A stretch of 64,000 bases of DNA, from positions 8,246,001 to 8,310,000 of the forward strand of contig CM022677.1 in assembly GCA_012295275.1 (NCBI GenBank), read 5' to 3'. Both the position numbers and the translations under genes were made by a program. Positions 39,639 to 54,477 of the stretch are shown here, one piece after another. Position 1 is the stretch's first letter, and each line of letters begins with the position of its first letter. Under the pieces are notes generated by a model. That model did no database searches. It saw nothing but the letters and a program-made list of their open reading frames with translations, and was not told the DNA's origin. This DNA comes from Chrysomallon squamiferum (lineage: Eukaryota > Animalia > Mollusca).

Positions 39639-41282
39639 ATACATGTTTGTTTACCTAACTCAAATAAGAAGTGTATATATATAAATAATGATTATGTCAG
39701 ATTATCTTTTGCTAGTTGACAACAAATACAGAAGACGTTGATCAATATATACATAATAAAAATAAAAACATACAAAGTCTATGCTTCATTTTTTCTTATA
39801 TTTTTTAAAAATTATTTGAATGTGCCTTAACATTTTTAATATTAAGAAAGTGAAACAATTTCAGAAATATTTTCCATTTTCATTATTATTTTTAAATAAG
39901 ATGCAATGTGTTTGAATTTGTGAATGTCAGGATTTAAAACAGTTAAGAACAAATAATGATTTTTTTTTTATTAAGAAATATTTGTACTGCCATCCATTTA
40001 TGTAACATAACCTGGCTATATTTTATTGTTGATCAAAAACACCAAACATTGCTAAAAATATTTAAAGTACTGAATTTGCATAATCTTACAATATCTCTCT
40101 TAGAATAAACTATACAAATCTGAATGAAAGCTCGAGAAATATTTAGTATTACACTATAACAAAACATGAGGTGCTAGATTTTTGAATAAATGAACCAGTT
40201 TCATATATATATATTTTATTTATTTATTTATTTATTTATTATTTTCATTTTTTTCCCCCAGCTTTTTAATTGAATTAAACAGAAAATACAGATTATAAAA
40301 AATTAGAAGACATTTCAATTTGTACATTTTTAAACTAATTTTTTGAATTGTTCCAAAATGTAAAAGGCAAATTATAAAATATTTGGGAAAATTTCATTTA
40401 TGTACATTTTTTTCTCTTATTATTTCATTTCATTTTTTATCGTTTTTAAATTATTATTTCTTATTTTTAAAGATTAGTTACTGAAATAATTTTATTATTC
40501 TTTCTAAATTAGAAAAGCAAATTATAAAAGCCGGCAGCAATGTCTAAACAGAAATAACTGACTATTTAAGTTTTATTATCTAGACAGTTTATAAGTAAAT
40601 TAACTTGAAGATCATCAGGTTTCTTCTAATTAAAAATAACAAAGTCATGATTAATGCTATTAAAATTTTAATTTAGTTATTTATATTATTATTATTTTAT
40701 TTTTTAGAAATATGTACACAATGATCACCCCAGCAAAACCATGTTTTGTTTTTTTTTCATTTTCTGTGGGGTTTTTTTTAAATAATATGAAAAAAGAAAA
40801 ATTTTTTATTTTTTACCCCAAACCTCGATTTTCCCCTGATTTTTTTAAAACAGATTCAGTTGTTGATACAAATTTTTAATTACCACTAATTACAAAATTT
40901 TCAATCATATTTACATTGATTACCCCCAGCAAATCCTTGATTTCCCCCTGATTTAAACAATAGTTAAAAAAAAGATAGAAGAAATGTTTTGTGTTGTTTT
41001 TTGGTTTTTTTTTAATAATGATTTAAATAATATAAAAATTAGATGATTATAAAAATTAATACTTCTATGCATTATCAAATTCATTTGAACTTATTTACAA
41101 AGATGGCATTCCATAGCAATGATGAATCTCCATTCATCTTTCAGCGAAAAAGTTAAAATAACCAAGCACACATCAATGATAAAAACAGTGCAAGCTGCTA
41201 TGAAGTACAATGTGTACACTGGATGTTCTGATCACATTGACAATGCAGTCTCTTGGAGATCACTGAGTTTTTCAAATTCAAA

Positions 41283-43017
41283 TTACATTTCAGACAGATT
41301 TTCTCTTGAAAGTGTTGAGCTTTCTCTGGACAGGGAAGACTGTGATGTAATAGCATTCTGGTGCTCTAGTGAACCTTTTCTGAAAATGTGTCTTACAACA
41401 TTTTCAACTGAAGTGCTGGCTGAGGCAGCTTGAATCTGTTGTCTAGGATCCTACAACAAAATATAATATTCATTAATAAACTAAACATAAAATAAAGTGC
41501 AAGTAGTATTTTTGTTGTCAATATTTCACTGTCTTATCAAGTAGAATTTTAGACCACATTTTTATTTTTTTGATACTATTTTAATAATAAAAATAATTTA
41601 TTAAATGGTTTTATATTCTTAGTTTAATTTTATTTTTTGACTTTGACATAAAAGCATTAAAAGAGCAATACACCAGTAAGAGAGATTACAAAATATGTTT
41701 TTATATATTTGAATAATTCTATTAACTTGCTAAAATTTTGATATTTACACTGTTTTAGTCTTTTAGTCCAGTTTACGATGACTGCCAGGAATATTAATTA
41801 AATAAACATTTTAAACATATATAGTTATTACATTAGACAGTAAGAAAATGGTCTTCTAATACTGATTCTACTTGAAATACTAACATACTAGCATGATGGA
41901 AATACATTTGAGATTATTCTTATGATCTTTAATTAACCTTTAACAATCGTTTACATCATTTACAATAAATTATTTGATTAATTAAAATATTTAATTGTAA
42001 CATACTTTCCTGCCACTTTAATTAATAAAATATTTAATTGTAACATTTTCCTGCCACTTTAATATAATAAAATATTTTGCCCTTTTTTCAATTTGAGTGA
42101 GATATTACTAACAACAAATTACACATGTTCTGTTCACTACTCTATTAGGCTGTCATGCAAATTATTACAAGGTTTGTTTGTGCATAAACCATTATTAAAT
42201 TGATTCTATACTATCTAAAGTAATCATCATTTATGAGACATTTATATAAAATTTTCAATACTATTCTGAGCATAAAAATAAATTTTGCTACTTTTAATTA
42301 AAATCCTTCAAATGAGCTATAAAACATAAAAGTGAATAAATAAAACATACCTTTATAGGAGCATTCAATCCACACATAGACATGGATATTTTTGATCTTG
42401 GACAAAAGAAATTAAACTCATTCTTAATTAATGAAAATAAATAAAACAATAGTTATATAGATTATATTTTTAATTTTAAAAAAAAAAAAAAAAAAAAAAA
42501 CAAAAACACACACACAACAAACTACTACAAAAAAAAAACAACAAATAATAGAACTTTCACCTTATAAATTGTCTTCTTTAGTGTTGAAAAATGCATTTTA
42601 AACCCCAACACAATAATTAAGTAGCATCAGTGACAACAAAGATATGAATAAATTCTTAAAAGCTTTTAATTTACAAACAAATAATTTATATTATTTTTAC
42701 TTAAAAAAAATCTGAATTAACAGTCTTTTTCATCAATGTATATCTGATTAGGCTAACAATAAAAAAATAAAAAAATAAAAAAAGTAAAAATAAAAATGCT
42801 AGTAACTACTAATTATTTCTTACCTTAATTTTTATACAAGTCTCATTATCATCTTTGTCAGTTAAAGAGGTGACACATGTGAAAGGAAAAAGAAAAGACA
42901 GTGTTAACTTACTTGGTCTCTTCAAGTTCTGTTTGATCTTTTTTGTGTGGTTGTTTAATCAACACAAATAACCATTACTTCACATGCATGGAAATGAAAG
43001 TCATGTCCCTCATCTCT
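41283..43017 (-). pseudogene. Candidate downstream exons on the minus strand (43017-42913, 42396-42351, terminal 41450-41283)
   Basis: Boundaries ttcacag|..|gtaagt, ccaag|..MSMCGLNAPIK|gtatgt, and tgtag|DPRQQIQAASASTSVENVVRHIFRKGSLEHQNAITSQSSLSRESSTLSRENLSEM*. Same strand and order as the CAMSAP exons, but identity is not established. Confidence 0.45.
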
Positions 43018-43109
43018 CTGTGAAAATATATAATGTGTATTAGTATTAAAGGTATTTTATCTGTTTTTATCAATGTAAATTATTGCTAAATATACGCAAG
43101 TATGCAACA

Positions 43110-46100
43110 TAAAATATAAAGGGTAAAAAGAGAAAAAATAAGAGTAAAACTGTAAGTGGAGAAAGTGAACAGAAAATAAGGGTAAGCAGTAGCCAAGCTG
43201 GTCAAGAAGTCGCTATTACAAGGATGTCAAATACACAGAATAACGAGATCTTCATCTGCACCATTTTATCAGTCAACACCAGTTCAAGAGTCTCAGCAGT
43301 CACAGTATGGACAATACAGTATCCTGGTTTAATTTCACCAGTTGTGAACAGTCAAGATGTCAGTAAAAAATTAGATACTTTGACTAGAAAGTTAGCAAAG
43401 TTCTATAATGTAACAACTGAATAGTATGGAAATAACTGTACAAGATATCAGTGGTAAACTGACTGATATTAAGAAAAAGGTACAAGATATGGAAAAGGGT
43501 ATGAATTACATTCACTAACAGTTTGAAAGGAATAAAAAAACTTGGAGATTTGAAATCTGTTGTGTCAGATATGAACAGTTTCTACCTGTGAAATGAGAGA
43601 TAATAATAACAGTATGAAACAACAAATATGTGAATTAAAACCTGAGTTTGGAAACTTAAGAGAAAATTACCTACAAACTGGCTTCATGTCTGACAATTTA
43701 ATCTATAGTGGGATACCAAAGAAAGATGAGGAACACACAGATGAGGAGTTGAAAAGTTTTATAAAAAATGAAATGAAAGTGGAAAATAATATCGATGTTC
43801 ACAGAGTGAACAACTGGGTAAGAAGTTTGATGTATATATAAGGCCTGTTGTTGCTAAATTCATTTTGTATAAATTGTGAGAAGAGCTGCACCCAAAACAC
43901 TGATAAACAAGCAATACAGGGTTAATGAACAATTCCTGAAAGAAACTAATGACAGGAAAAAATTACTATATCCAAATTACAGCAAAATGGCAAGGAAAAA
44001 GACTGGTCTTAAATGGTGATAAACTGTGTATCAAGGTCAGGCTGTTTACACTGGGACAGTTCAGGCCAGAAGCCAGTAACACAAACATAACAACTCAGTC
44101 AACACAAACAAGACAACAGAGATCACACAACACAAACATAACAACTCAGCCAACAGAAACAAGACAACAGAGATCACACAACACAAACCAAACTCTGACT
44201 GAGACAAGTCAGTTCACTCAGTGCAACACAACAATGGAGGAGGACAAGTCTTACCAAGTGAAAACAGTGTTGAGCAAATGTCAGAAAACTCTCTCATTTG
44301 TAAAAATACCCCAACAAAAATCATAAAGAAGTAACCTGTTAAGTTTTAAAAATAATAGAGATTAATGTGTTGAGGTTTGGTAATTAAGCTTAAAGATACT
44401 CTGTTTCTTGAAACCACCATTAATATTCTTCATTATGAAGTATATGCTAAAAAGACAGTTGTTTTTTTATCTCAACGTAAATCTGGGGGTATAGTTGTAT
44501 ACATAAGAACTTATCTACTAAAATATATGAATATTGTCGAATCACAGTGTAAATGTATTATTTGGCTGGGCACACAAGGTGGGGTTTTACACACAGACGA
44601 TATTTTAATTGGTATTGCATATATTCCACCAGAGAATTCATGTTATTCATCATCTGATGCTTTTGACAGATTGAAAATGTATATTTCTCATTTGTGAGTA
44701 ACTATAACATGATCTGTCTTACTGGTGTCTTCAACAGCTGATGATAAAGATTTTCTTATTATGGAAGAAAATGAATATAGTGGTTTAATCACTGATGATG
44801 TATTTGAACTTGAGAGGTTAAATATATTAACCCTTTGAACCCGCCAGGCCAGCTTTCCAGACTGAGCATACAGTATATATATAACCGCTCGTATGTCATT
44901 CGTATGTTGGAACCGTTTTGTGACCAGCATTACTGTGTGTTTACAGACAGATTCTACACTAGTGTATATTTGTGTGAGTTTTTGCTGGAAAAGAGAGGAA
45001 TCTGCCTTGTTCAATGGAATTGTAGCAGCAATTGTTTGGTGTGACAAAAAGCCCATTTATTTTGTAACTTTGCATTTATATTCCCCCCCCCAGTACATGT
45101 ATAAAGATATGATAGTAAAGAGCACAGAAGACTTCCTGTGGGATGTCTGAAAGCTGTCAAAGTAAAAATGGATTCATTGGTGGCACATACCAAGCTGCAT
45201 CAGAGCAGACTTGACGATGGAATGTTGTTACATAAGGCCATGTTGTCTTACTATGAAGTGTTTTACTTGGGCTATGAATGATGCCTGTGTAATCATGTGG
45301 CCTTATCAGCTGCATAATCCCCAGGGGCAAAGAGTGTTTACATTGCATGTGTTTGTTGAAAAACTCTGCCATCAACTTGTGGGCTATTATCACCGTTACC
45401 AGTGAAAGTGAATCTGTACACAGACAAACACCTCCAAGATTACGGACCTCACAAGTTGGAAAGAGCCTCCCCATGCAACATCAAACAGTAGGTGTGTAGT
45501 GTGTCTGGAAAAGCACAACAAAATCCTAGTGCTGCCTATAAGGACTTTCCCACAAAGTCAAAAACAGTTTACTGGTGTAACTACTATAAGGCTTATTTGT
45601 GCATCGGGGTATCAAGCAAAATTGCTGGCTTGACTGAAACACGAAAGTTAAGTTTTTGAGGTAGAAGTGAAAAATGCAATAAACAACATGGAGTAGATAT
45701 TGTATTTGTTTATTTATTGTAAACGACAACAAAGTACCAGTACAAGAATGCAAATAACTCATAACTGACTTTTTTGCAAATTTTCACTGGGAGCTCAGGG
45801 TGAAGATCATGTAAGGATGGTGTCATAGGGTTCAAAGGGTTAAAACAATGAGAATAAAAGCATAAAAAGAAAAATAACTATGGTCGTATTTTCCTTGATT
45901 TCTGTATAATTAAATAACATGTTTATTATGAATGGGAAAGTAGGTAAAGACACTAGTGTCATAGATTACTTCATTGCAAATGTTAAATTCTTGTCCCTAA
46001 CAGAAAAACCTTTCTATTCTGCCTTTATGTATCAAACTACATATGGAAATAAATCTTGAGAATACTGTAATTGATATTTCATCAAACTCTAAGGAAGTCC

Positions 46101-47222
46101 CAAGGAAATGGTTTAATGATTAAAAAGCACGAATTTTGCGAAAATTTTGAAAAGCAGAAGCATTTGTTAATGATAATACCCCAAAAATTACAAAATTGCA
46201 AGGAAACAGATGTTGATTCTAAATTAATAAATAATACAGTCTCTGATTATAAATATTATATTTATAACTGCAGCCAAAACAACATTTGGAAAGAAACCAC
46301 CTATAATACAATAAAGAAACATCCTTATAATAAGGCCTGGTTTAAGGCAGCTTGTAAAGCTACAAAACAGGAAGTCAGGAAAGCCAGAAGAAGATATAAA
46401 CAATATGGTTGAAGTACACTGAAAGCTGACGAAGTATAAACAAACATTAAACAGAGCTGTTATGGAATATAGAATATCTATTAAACAAAAACTGAAAATA
46501 CTAAAAACTTCAAATCCCAAAGAGTTCTAGTCAATTCTGAACAACAACAGGCAGAGACAGTCAAAAGCCGATGTGTATCAATTGATTCTTTATTTCACTT
46601 TTTCAAAACTCTTAATAGCAATGTTGATGAAACTTTGCCTGATCATATTACTAGAAGAACTATACACTCAAAGACAAGAAACTACTAATGATATTTTGAA
46701 CAAAACTTTTTCAGCCAGGGAAAGATCTAGAGCAGTGAATTGACTCCATTGTAATCGATCAGGTTGAGAAGATTTTATTATTAATGAATATATTAAGCAT
46801 ACTGCTAATATTATGTTACCTTTATATGTACTACTGTTTAATGTTATTCTTGACACAGCAATTACACCATCTGATTGGTATAGAAAAATAAAGGAGCTTG
46901 AAATGACCCTGAAAATGATAGACCTATTATATTATTAAGCTGTTCAGATAAATTATTTACATCTGTACTTAATTCTAGATGAAACAAGTATGCAGATGAA
47001 CAGACCTGATTTTAGAAAAACAAGCTGGATTTTGTAAAAAAAACCGACAGACCTTATATTTTCTTTATACTCGCTAATTATTTTAATGAACAAATGTGAA
47101 AACAAATCATATTGTGCTTTTATTGATTTTGAGAAAGTGTTTGGTAGACTCTAGAGAATTGGATTACAGAATAAGTTAATTAGATCTGGCATAAATTAAA
47201 AATGTTTTAATGTCTTAGTGAA
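43110..47222 (+). mobile_element. Degenerate CR1/L2-group LINE (ORF1, APE, 5' half of RT), 3'-truncated
   Basis: ORF1 coiled coil then DNLIYSGIP..FIKNEMKVENNIDVHRV, RPVVAKF, GVNEQF, LNGDKL. APE motifs RKSGGIVVYIR, AYIPPENS, SVIDYFI. RT-region motifs KAWF, NPKEF, LFNVILD, PENDRPIILLSC, QAGF, CAFIDFEK. Many stops and frameshifts. Confidence 0.9.
44831..45839 (+). mobile_element. piggyBac-family element, internally deleted (1009 bp), nested in the LINE
   Basis: TTAA (44827-44830)|CCCTTTGAACCC ... GGGTTCAAAGGG|TTAA (45840-45843): perfect 12-bp TIRs and a TTAA target duplication. Remnants VFTDRFYTSV, VWCDKKPIYF and a C-terminal Cys-rich RCVVC..YWC..C region. Confidence 0.95.
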
Positions 47223-47224
47223 TA

Positions 47225-48119
<895 letters not shown>

Positions 48120-48560
48120 TTATAAGATATAATAATATACAAATCTAAATTAACCATCAACAGTAAGTGTTTGGTTGTTAACTTTTGCATCATTCAGATG
48201 AAAAGCAGTCATCTTTGGATGATTGAAAACAGCACACAAAAACTGATCCCAGCTGGTCATAAAAACAAATAATAATAATAATAATAATAGTAATTTACAA
48301 TATGTAGAATCTACATAAGCAGAAAATAATGTATTTGTTATTATTAAAATGTAATTAGTGAAGACATCATAATGTATATAGACAGATTCTCAGAAAGACA
48401 AACATATTTATCTGAACAATTTCAGGGAAAGAAATACCCACAGACAAAAGGAAAAGCAGAGAGAAATAGAAATAAAATAAATAAATAGGGAGGCAGACAG
48501 AAAGAGAAACAGACAGATAGACTAAGACATATTTACAGACATGTTTACCTACATGTTTAC

Positions 48561-49027
48561 CTGAATGTTTTTTAAAGGTTTTAAAATGTGACTAAGTGGA
48601 AATGTTGGTGTTAAAGCTTGTGGCAGTTTAAGTCTTGGTCTGGCTGCTTTCAACAAAAACTCCAGTTTCACAAGAAGATTAGTCAGTTGACTCAAACTTT
48701 TTCTGCGTGTGTGGATGCACATCTTCCATGCTGTCACCCTTACCGAAAGAAAGTTTTGAAACTAATTTCTTTTCTTTTCTCAGAATTGTTTCAGCAGTTT
48801 GTTCACTTTCTTTCTTAGACATTATTTTTACTGAAAAACCTCTGGCAATGGGTGGTGGTGTTTCTGGTTTCTTTCCTATTCTGTCTGATTGTTTCTTGGC
48901 ACAGTTTGAGTTTGAGTTTTCAGTGGTTGGTGTGGTGGTGTCAGTTTGTCTCGGGTCTAAATGTGGTACTGGTGTTGTTGTTGCCAACTGGTGTTTCTTT
49001 TTCACTGATGTGAAACCCATGTCAGTT
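48561..49027 (-). pseudogene. K/T/P/S-rich exon (paralog of 14311-14739); open for ~115 codons, then stops
   Basis: ccacag|..MGFTSVKKKHQLATTTPVPHLDPRQTD..KPETPPPIARGFSVKIMSKKESEQTAE..|gtaaac. Flanking intron 48380-48560 also matches 14740-14900. Confidence 0.65.
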
Positions 49028-49313
49028 CTGTGGATATAAAAAAGAAAACTAGAAATAAAAACATTATATATATAATATAATATATATATATAAACAAAGA
49101 GGGCAGACCTTGAAATTAAAAGAAAACATTAAGTGAATATAAATAGAAATATTTATCCAAATGATTGGTAACTATTTAAAAAACACTAATAGTAACAAAC
49201 AAGTTATCAGAATAATACTGGTGCTAAAAAAATCACTAATAATAATAATTTTCAGAAAACAAATATATTGACAATACAAGTTTAAACCTTCATTATTTTT
49301 TTGGTTTGTTTGG

Positions 49314-49565
49314 CCATTAAATAGAGCTGTTAGGGAATATAGAATATCTATTAAACAAAAAACGAAAATACTAAAATCTTCAAATCCCAAAGAGTATTTG
49401 TAGTTCTGAACAACAGTAAGCAGAGATGGTCAATTGATTCTTAATTTCATTTTTTCAAAACTCTTAATAGCAACATCGATGAAACATGTAACACAGTAGA
49501 AGAATGACACTCTCAAAGACAAGAAACTAACAATGATGTTTTGAAACAAACCTGATTTTAGAAAA
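49314..49565 (+). mobile_element. Second short copy of the CR1/L2 LINE segment
   Basis: Aligns with 46445-46705 and then jumps to ~46997-47020. Confidence 0.85.
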
Positions 49566-49627
49566 TATGATGCTTCTTCTTTTATTTTTACAATATAGAA
49601 ATTTACAACAAAATATTCAGGTTTGTA

Positions 49628-49730
<103 letters not shown>

Positions 49731-49881
49731 TAAAATGCATTGAATGACACAGAATTCTAATGTATGTACATGCGTACTTACTGGTACATGTTACAAAATG
49801 CAACTTCCTACATTTATTTAAATTAAACTTCATTAGGTTTAGAATAACGAGAAATACATAAGAAAACAAACTCAAATTCAC

Positions 49882-50586
49882 CTGTTCAGTTTGGTTTTCT
49901 CTTTTCCAGTGGAAGCAGTACAAACTTTATCCTCAGTGCTGGACAGCACCTTCTGCTGAAAGAACTTACTAGCAAACCTGAACGTCAATTATGTGCATTC
50001 TGAAAAAAAAAATAAAAAGTAAAAAAATATAAATAAAAATAATAAACAGTTATAAATAAATAAGTAATGTTTCTGTTATTATTAAAATTTAAATTGTACT
50101 GGTACCAGTTACTGGATTATTCAGACACAAAGGGGTGTAGGATAATTTATTATATACTTTGTATAATAATTATAATGATAATGATGATAATTTAATTAAT
50201 TAAAAAAACAATAGCAAATAAATGATTATTATTATGGTATTTTACAATCAGTAAAGAGTTGTTACTGTAAAATTGATTTCACTTTCTCTAAGAAATAAAA
50301 ATAAGATAAAAAATTACAACTTGGAATTGTGCTGTCTGCACTGTCTGTACAGCTGATTCATCCTTCTCCATAATGTAAATTCCCTTTCTAGACAGCAACT
50401 GAATAATACAGCAATTACCTGTATAAAAGATTTATCATTAATTCGTAAACAAAGATTTTAGCAATTCCAACATGAACATGACACTTTTTTTTTTCTCTTT
50501 TTTTAATCAATCTACATTTGTCTGATAAATGAATTTTTGTTTCCTTATTATCATTCATGCAATATGTCTCTCTCACACACAAACAG

Positions 50587-50629
<43 letters not shown>

Positions 50630-51213
50630 AACTAATAAAACATACCCTGCCACTGTTGAGAGGTTTCTGAAAACATTCTAACACAGGCCTGACACATTAC
50701 TTGACACCAGACTGTTGATTCACATTATCACTAGTCTCTAGTATCCATTCTCTGAAACTCTGTGATGATGAAGTAGGGGACAGGGACCTGGGTGCATTCG
50801 TCCCACTTTGAATCAGGTACAGGACTAGCTCGGTCCATCGAATGTGGCGAGACATCACCTGCTGCTCAACTTCCTGGCTGTTGCCTTTGCACACAGCCAA
50901 TCAAGTTGTTTTGTTTGGCAGCTTAGCAGATGAAGTCTTTTTACCAGCATCAGCTTGTTTTCACAAAACTGCAGACTTCAATGGCACTCTGCTCTGTCCT
51001 TCTTGTTCCTATCTATGCTGAATGTAGACCATCGATATATCATATTGTAGTATTCCAGCAGCACTTGCACTCTATAGTGTGGTTCTGGATAAGATATTTA
51101 TAAAATATTTCACTCACTTCTGATTTTTCATAGAAACATTCTTTAAATTCATTTGGAATATTTTCTCCTTATACTTTCTGCAATGTCCATGCCAATGATG
51201 ATTTTAACTGGTC
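49882..51213 (-). pseudogene. CAMSAP: CAMSAP/Patronin N-terminal pseudogene, copy 2 (exons 51213-51118, ~50720-50646, 50418-50318, 49999-49882)
   Basis: Exon peptides with phase-compatible splice sites: DQLKSSLAWTLQKV*GENIPNEFKECFYEKSE | INSLVSS..MCQACVRMF.ETSQQWQ | GNCCIIQLLSRKGIYIMEKDESAVQTVQTAQFQV | NAH..ID..RFAS..STEDKVC. These follow the CAMSAP/Patronin N-terminal motifs in order (W.L.K.....P....PFY; LYC; IIQ.L.RKG; AH...ID; INKV). It has a stop, frameshifts and deletions. Confidence 0.85.
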
Positions 51214-52724
51214 CTGGAAAACATCAAAAATAAATAAATATTAGTAATGATATGAAAAAGCAAATGATTAATAATAATAAAGACCTTATACATTCATGGG
51301 TTTATATTGTATTAGTTGAACATTTTGTAATACATATACATTTTGTAATACAATTGTCATGAAGCAATTAATGTCAACCAGGTACATTATCTGTAGATAC
51401 ATGTGTAAATAGTTTTGGATGCCATAGTATTAGTCACATTATCTGCATAAGACAACTACTTCAAAAAATAATCATTTCAGTAGTGTTTTGTGCATGGAGA
51501 TTGTACAGTATTAATATCGTTTGTGATTATGATTATAAATTATCTCTCTGTGTGTGTTTATGTGTGTGATGTCTGTTTGTGTGTGTTAAATATTATTATA
51601 ACAAATAATTTTATTAATATTTTACATTTTATGCTACATATGAAATAACCTGGTCATATTTTTAACGTTGACATAGAGCTATATAGGTATTTAGCTTTAA
51701 TAATATGAAAGAATTTAGGGCCCCACCCATTATAAACTTTAATATGGTTAAAAAAAATATCATTTAATGGATAGCAATTTAGTATAAATCTTTAAAAAAA
51801 TAAATCGTAAATAAACTGACAGAAAACAACCTGCCAAACAAAATCAGTGTATTTTCTTTTAATAGTTTTATTAGTATATTAAAAAAATAATAATAAAAAT
51901 AAAAATTATTAATAATACTAATAATAAATAAATAAATAAATAAATAAATAAAAATTGTGAGTTGACACATAGTTGTTGTGTGGTGTTTACTTTGATGTGT
52001 GCTACACATGTCAATTTCTTTTAAAACAAATTTAATTACTGGCCCCACAAAATTATACTTAAATAAAAAAATTAAAAAATCCAAACTCATTAACAACTAT
52101 AATAATAAATAGTACTACCTGTCTGCTTCACAAAATGAAATACTTTAAGCAACTTTTTTGTTGCATGATAATGCGATTACACCAATTCTGTAGAAGATTC
52201 TTCGAACGTCAAACAAAAAATTAAATCCGTCAAGTCTCGACAATCATCCCGCATTTTTCCGAAAATACAATCCTAAAAAAAAAGAAATAAAAAGAGTTCA
52301 AAATAAATAAATAAAATAAAAGAACATAACAACCTTTATTAAAATATACTCGATGTGGTTCTTTTTTATTATTATTATTTTTTTTTTTTTTTTTATTAGC
52401 CAATCATTGACCTAAACTTCAAATAAACGGTGTTGTTATTTTCTTTACCCCTACTTTTTCTTTCTTCTTCTTCTTTTTTATTTATTTATATTTATGCACC
52501 AAATAAAATCACAAAGCTTACAGTTCACATTACAATAAGTTGCATAAGCTGCTTACTACTGGCCAGGAATTTACCAGAGTTTGATATAGGTCTGAAAACA
52601 TGATCTGAAAAAATAATAAATAAAAAATGTAAAAAATGTACAACATTAAAAACTGAGCGAGACTGGAAACAAATAATCCCATCAAACATTCTTAATGGCA
52701 CAACATTTATTTCTCTTAAAACAA

Positions 52725-52772
<48 letters not shown>

Positions 52773-53740
52773 TCAATGTTTGAACCTATTCTATCATCTG
52801 TTGTCAAATGAAGGGTGTATTCACCTTTTCGGGTGTCTTCTGCTGGTGTGCTGAAATGTTAAATAAAAACATGTGAAAGTAAATACAACAAACAGGAAAG
52901 TAAAAAAGATATGTACTTAAGAGAAAAAAGAGTGTGGCTGACTATACTGATTTCGACTGCCTGTATTAATGTTAAGAAAATTGTTAGATTTGATTAGTAA
53001 AATAGAAAACCGTAGAAATCACTACCAAAAAAAAAAAAAAAAAAAAAAAAAGAAAGAAAAAGTAAACCATAAATAAATAAATCACACTCCAGGTTCAGAC
53101 ACAGGTACCTGCATTGTCACGAGAGGTAGTAGGAATTAGTCTCACTTTCACTTTTATTGTTTTCAATATTTCCAAATTTTCGTTGCTTGTAAACCAATGA
53201 AATTCTTTTGATAAAAAAAAACTATTAAAATAAACTATAGTTTTCTTCAAAACGATCGCGTTTTTCAGCCATTGATCTCAAAGTAAATTTTCAACTAAAG
53301 ATTTCCAGTCACGTAGAAAGATCGGCGGGAAATATAAATATGTCGACTAGAAATTCTATCTTGAGAAAAGATCAAACCCAACGTTAGGCCTATTATTCTC
53401 ACATTTCTAACTACTGCCAGTGTTTTGCACGCACAGGCACAGTCATATACAAAGTCTGTTTATACAAGATATATATATATATATATATATATATCATGAT
53501 AATAATATCTGTATGTCACATCAGTTTAATGTGAAAACAATAATTCTTCTAGTACTTCAAATAGTATATTATTTGTTTTAAGATACCACTGTTATTTAAG
53601 AAGCTTTACAAGACAACTTAGAAATATAATAGATCCGTAATTACCAGCGTCATTTTTTATCAACCTTAGAAAAAGAATGGGAATTAGTGAATGCAAAATG
53701 GGCTATAGACATAGAGATTTCAGCAGTTGTTATCTACATC

Positions 53741-53790
<50 letters not shown>

Positions 53791-54419
53791 CATTTACACA
53801 TGTGATTGGTTTTTTTTTTTTTTTTCTGTATTTATGCATATTCATAGAATTAGAAAACGCTTTGGCTTAGGAATTTTATTTTATTGTCAAAAATAATCAT
53901 TTTCTAATTTCATTCGAATTTATTTAATCTGCTCCGGTTGAGCTTTAAGCCCAATTCGCTAGTTTTTCTGCTGTTTTTTTTACTAAACATTTATTCATCA
54001 ACATAAAACTTTTTAAAATTGAATACAGAAGCAATCGGGATTGTACAGAAATAAACTTCTAGAAAAACATTTTAAAAAACTGTTTATATAGTATCTTTTT
54101 TTTATATCTATAAATAAAAGTGTAACCTCTGAAACATTTTTTTTCAAAAACATTTCTGCACTGGCTGCTACACCATCATATTTTGTATAAACAAGAATGC
54201 ATGTCGCCAAATATAACAATATCGTTATTAAACCTGCTTTTTTTTTCTATCAAAAAGTTCGCCTCATTGAATGACCTTGTATCGAATGTTCTGTTACAGT
54301 TGTCCCCCTTCGCAAAGATGCAATTTTTTTTTAATTATATATATATATATATATACTAGGCAATATCGATGAACATTATTATTTAATTAATGTATTCATT
54401 TATTATTATGGTTATTATG

Positions 54420-54477
<58 letters not shown>

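Noticed and set aside
41119-41433. Plus-strand 104-aa ORF
   Set aside because: Splice signals support the minus-strand exon instead, and there is no recognisable motif.
50759-50830. C-box-like GTGATGA suggesting a C/D snoRNA
   Set aside because: No suitably placed CTGA D box with a terminal stem.
52118-52260. Possible first CAMSAP exon (MRDDC..EESSTELV*), mirrored at 62895-63030
   Set aside because: Position and donor are plausible, but the peptide similarity is too weak to assign.
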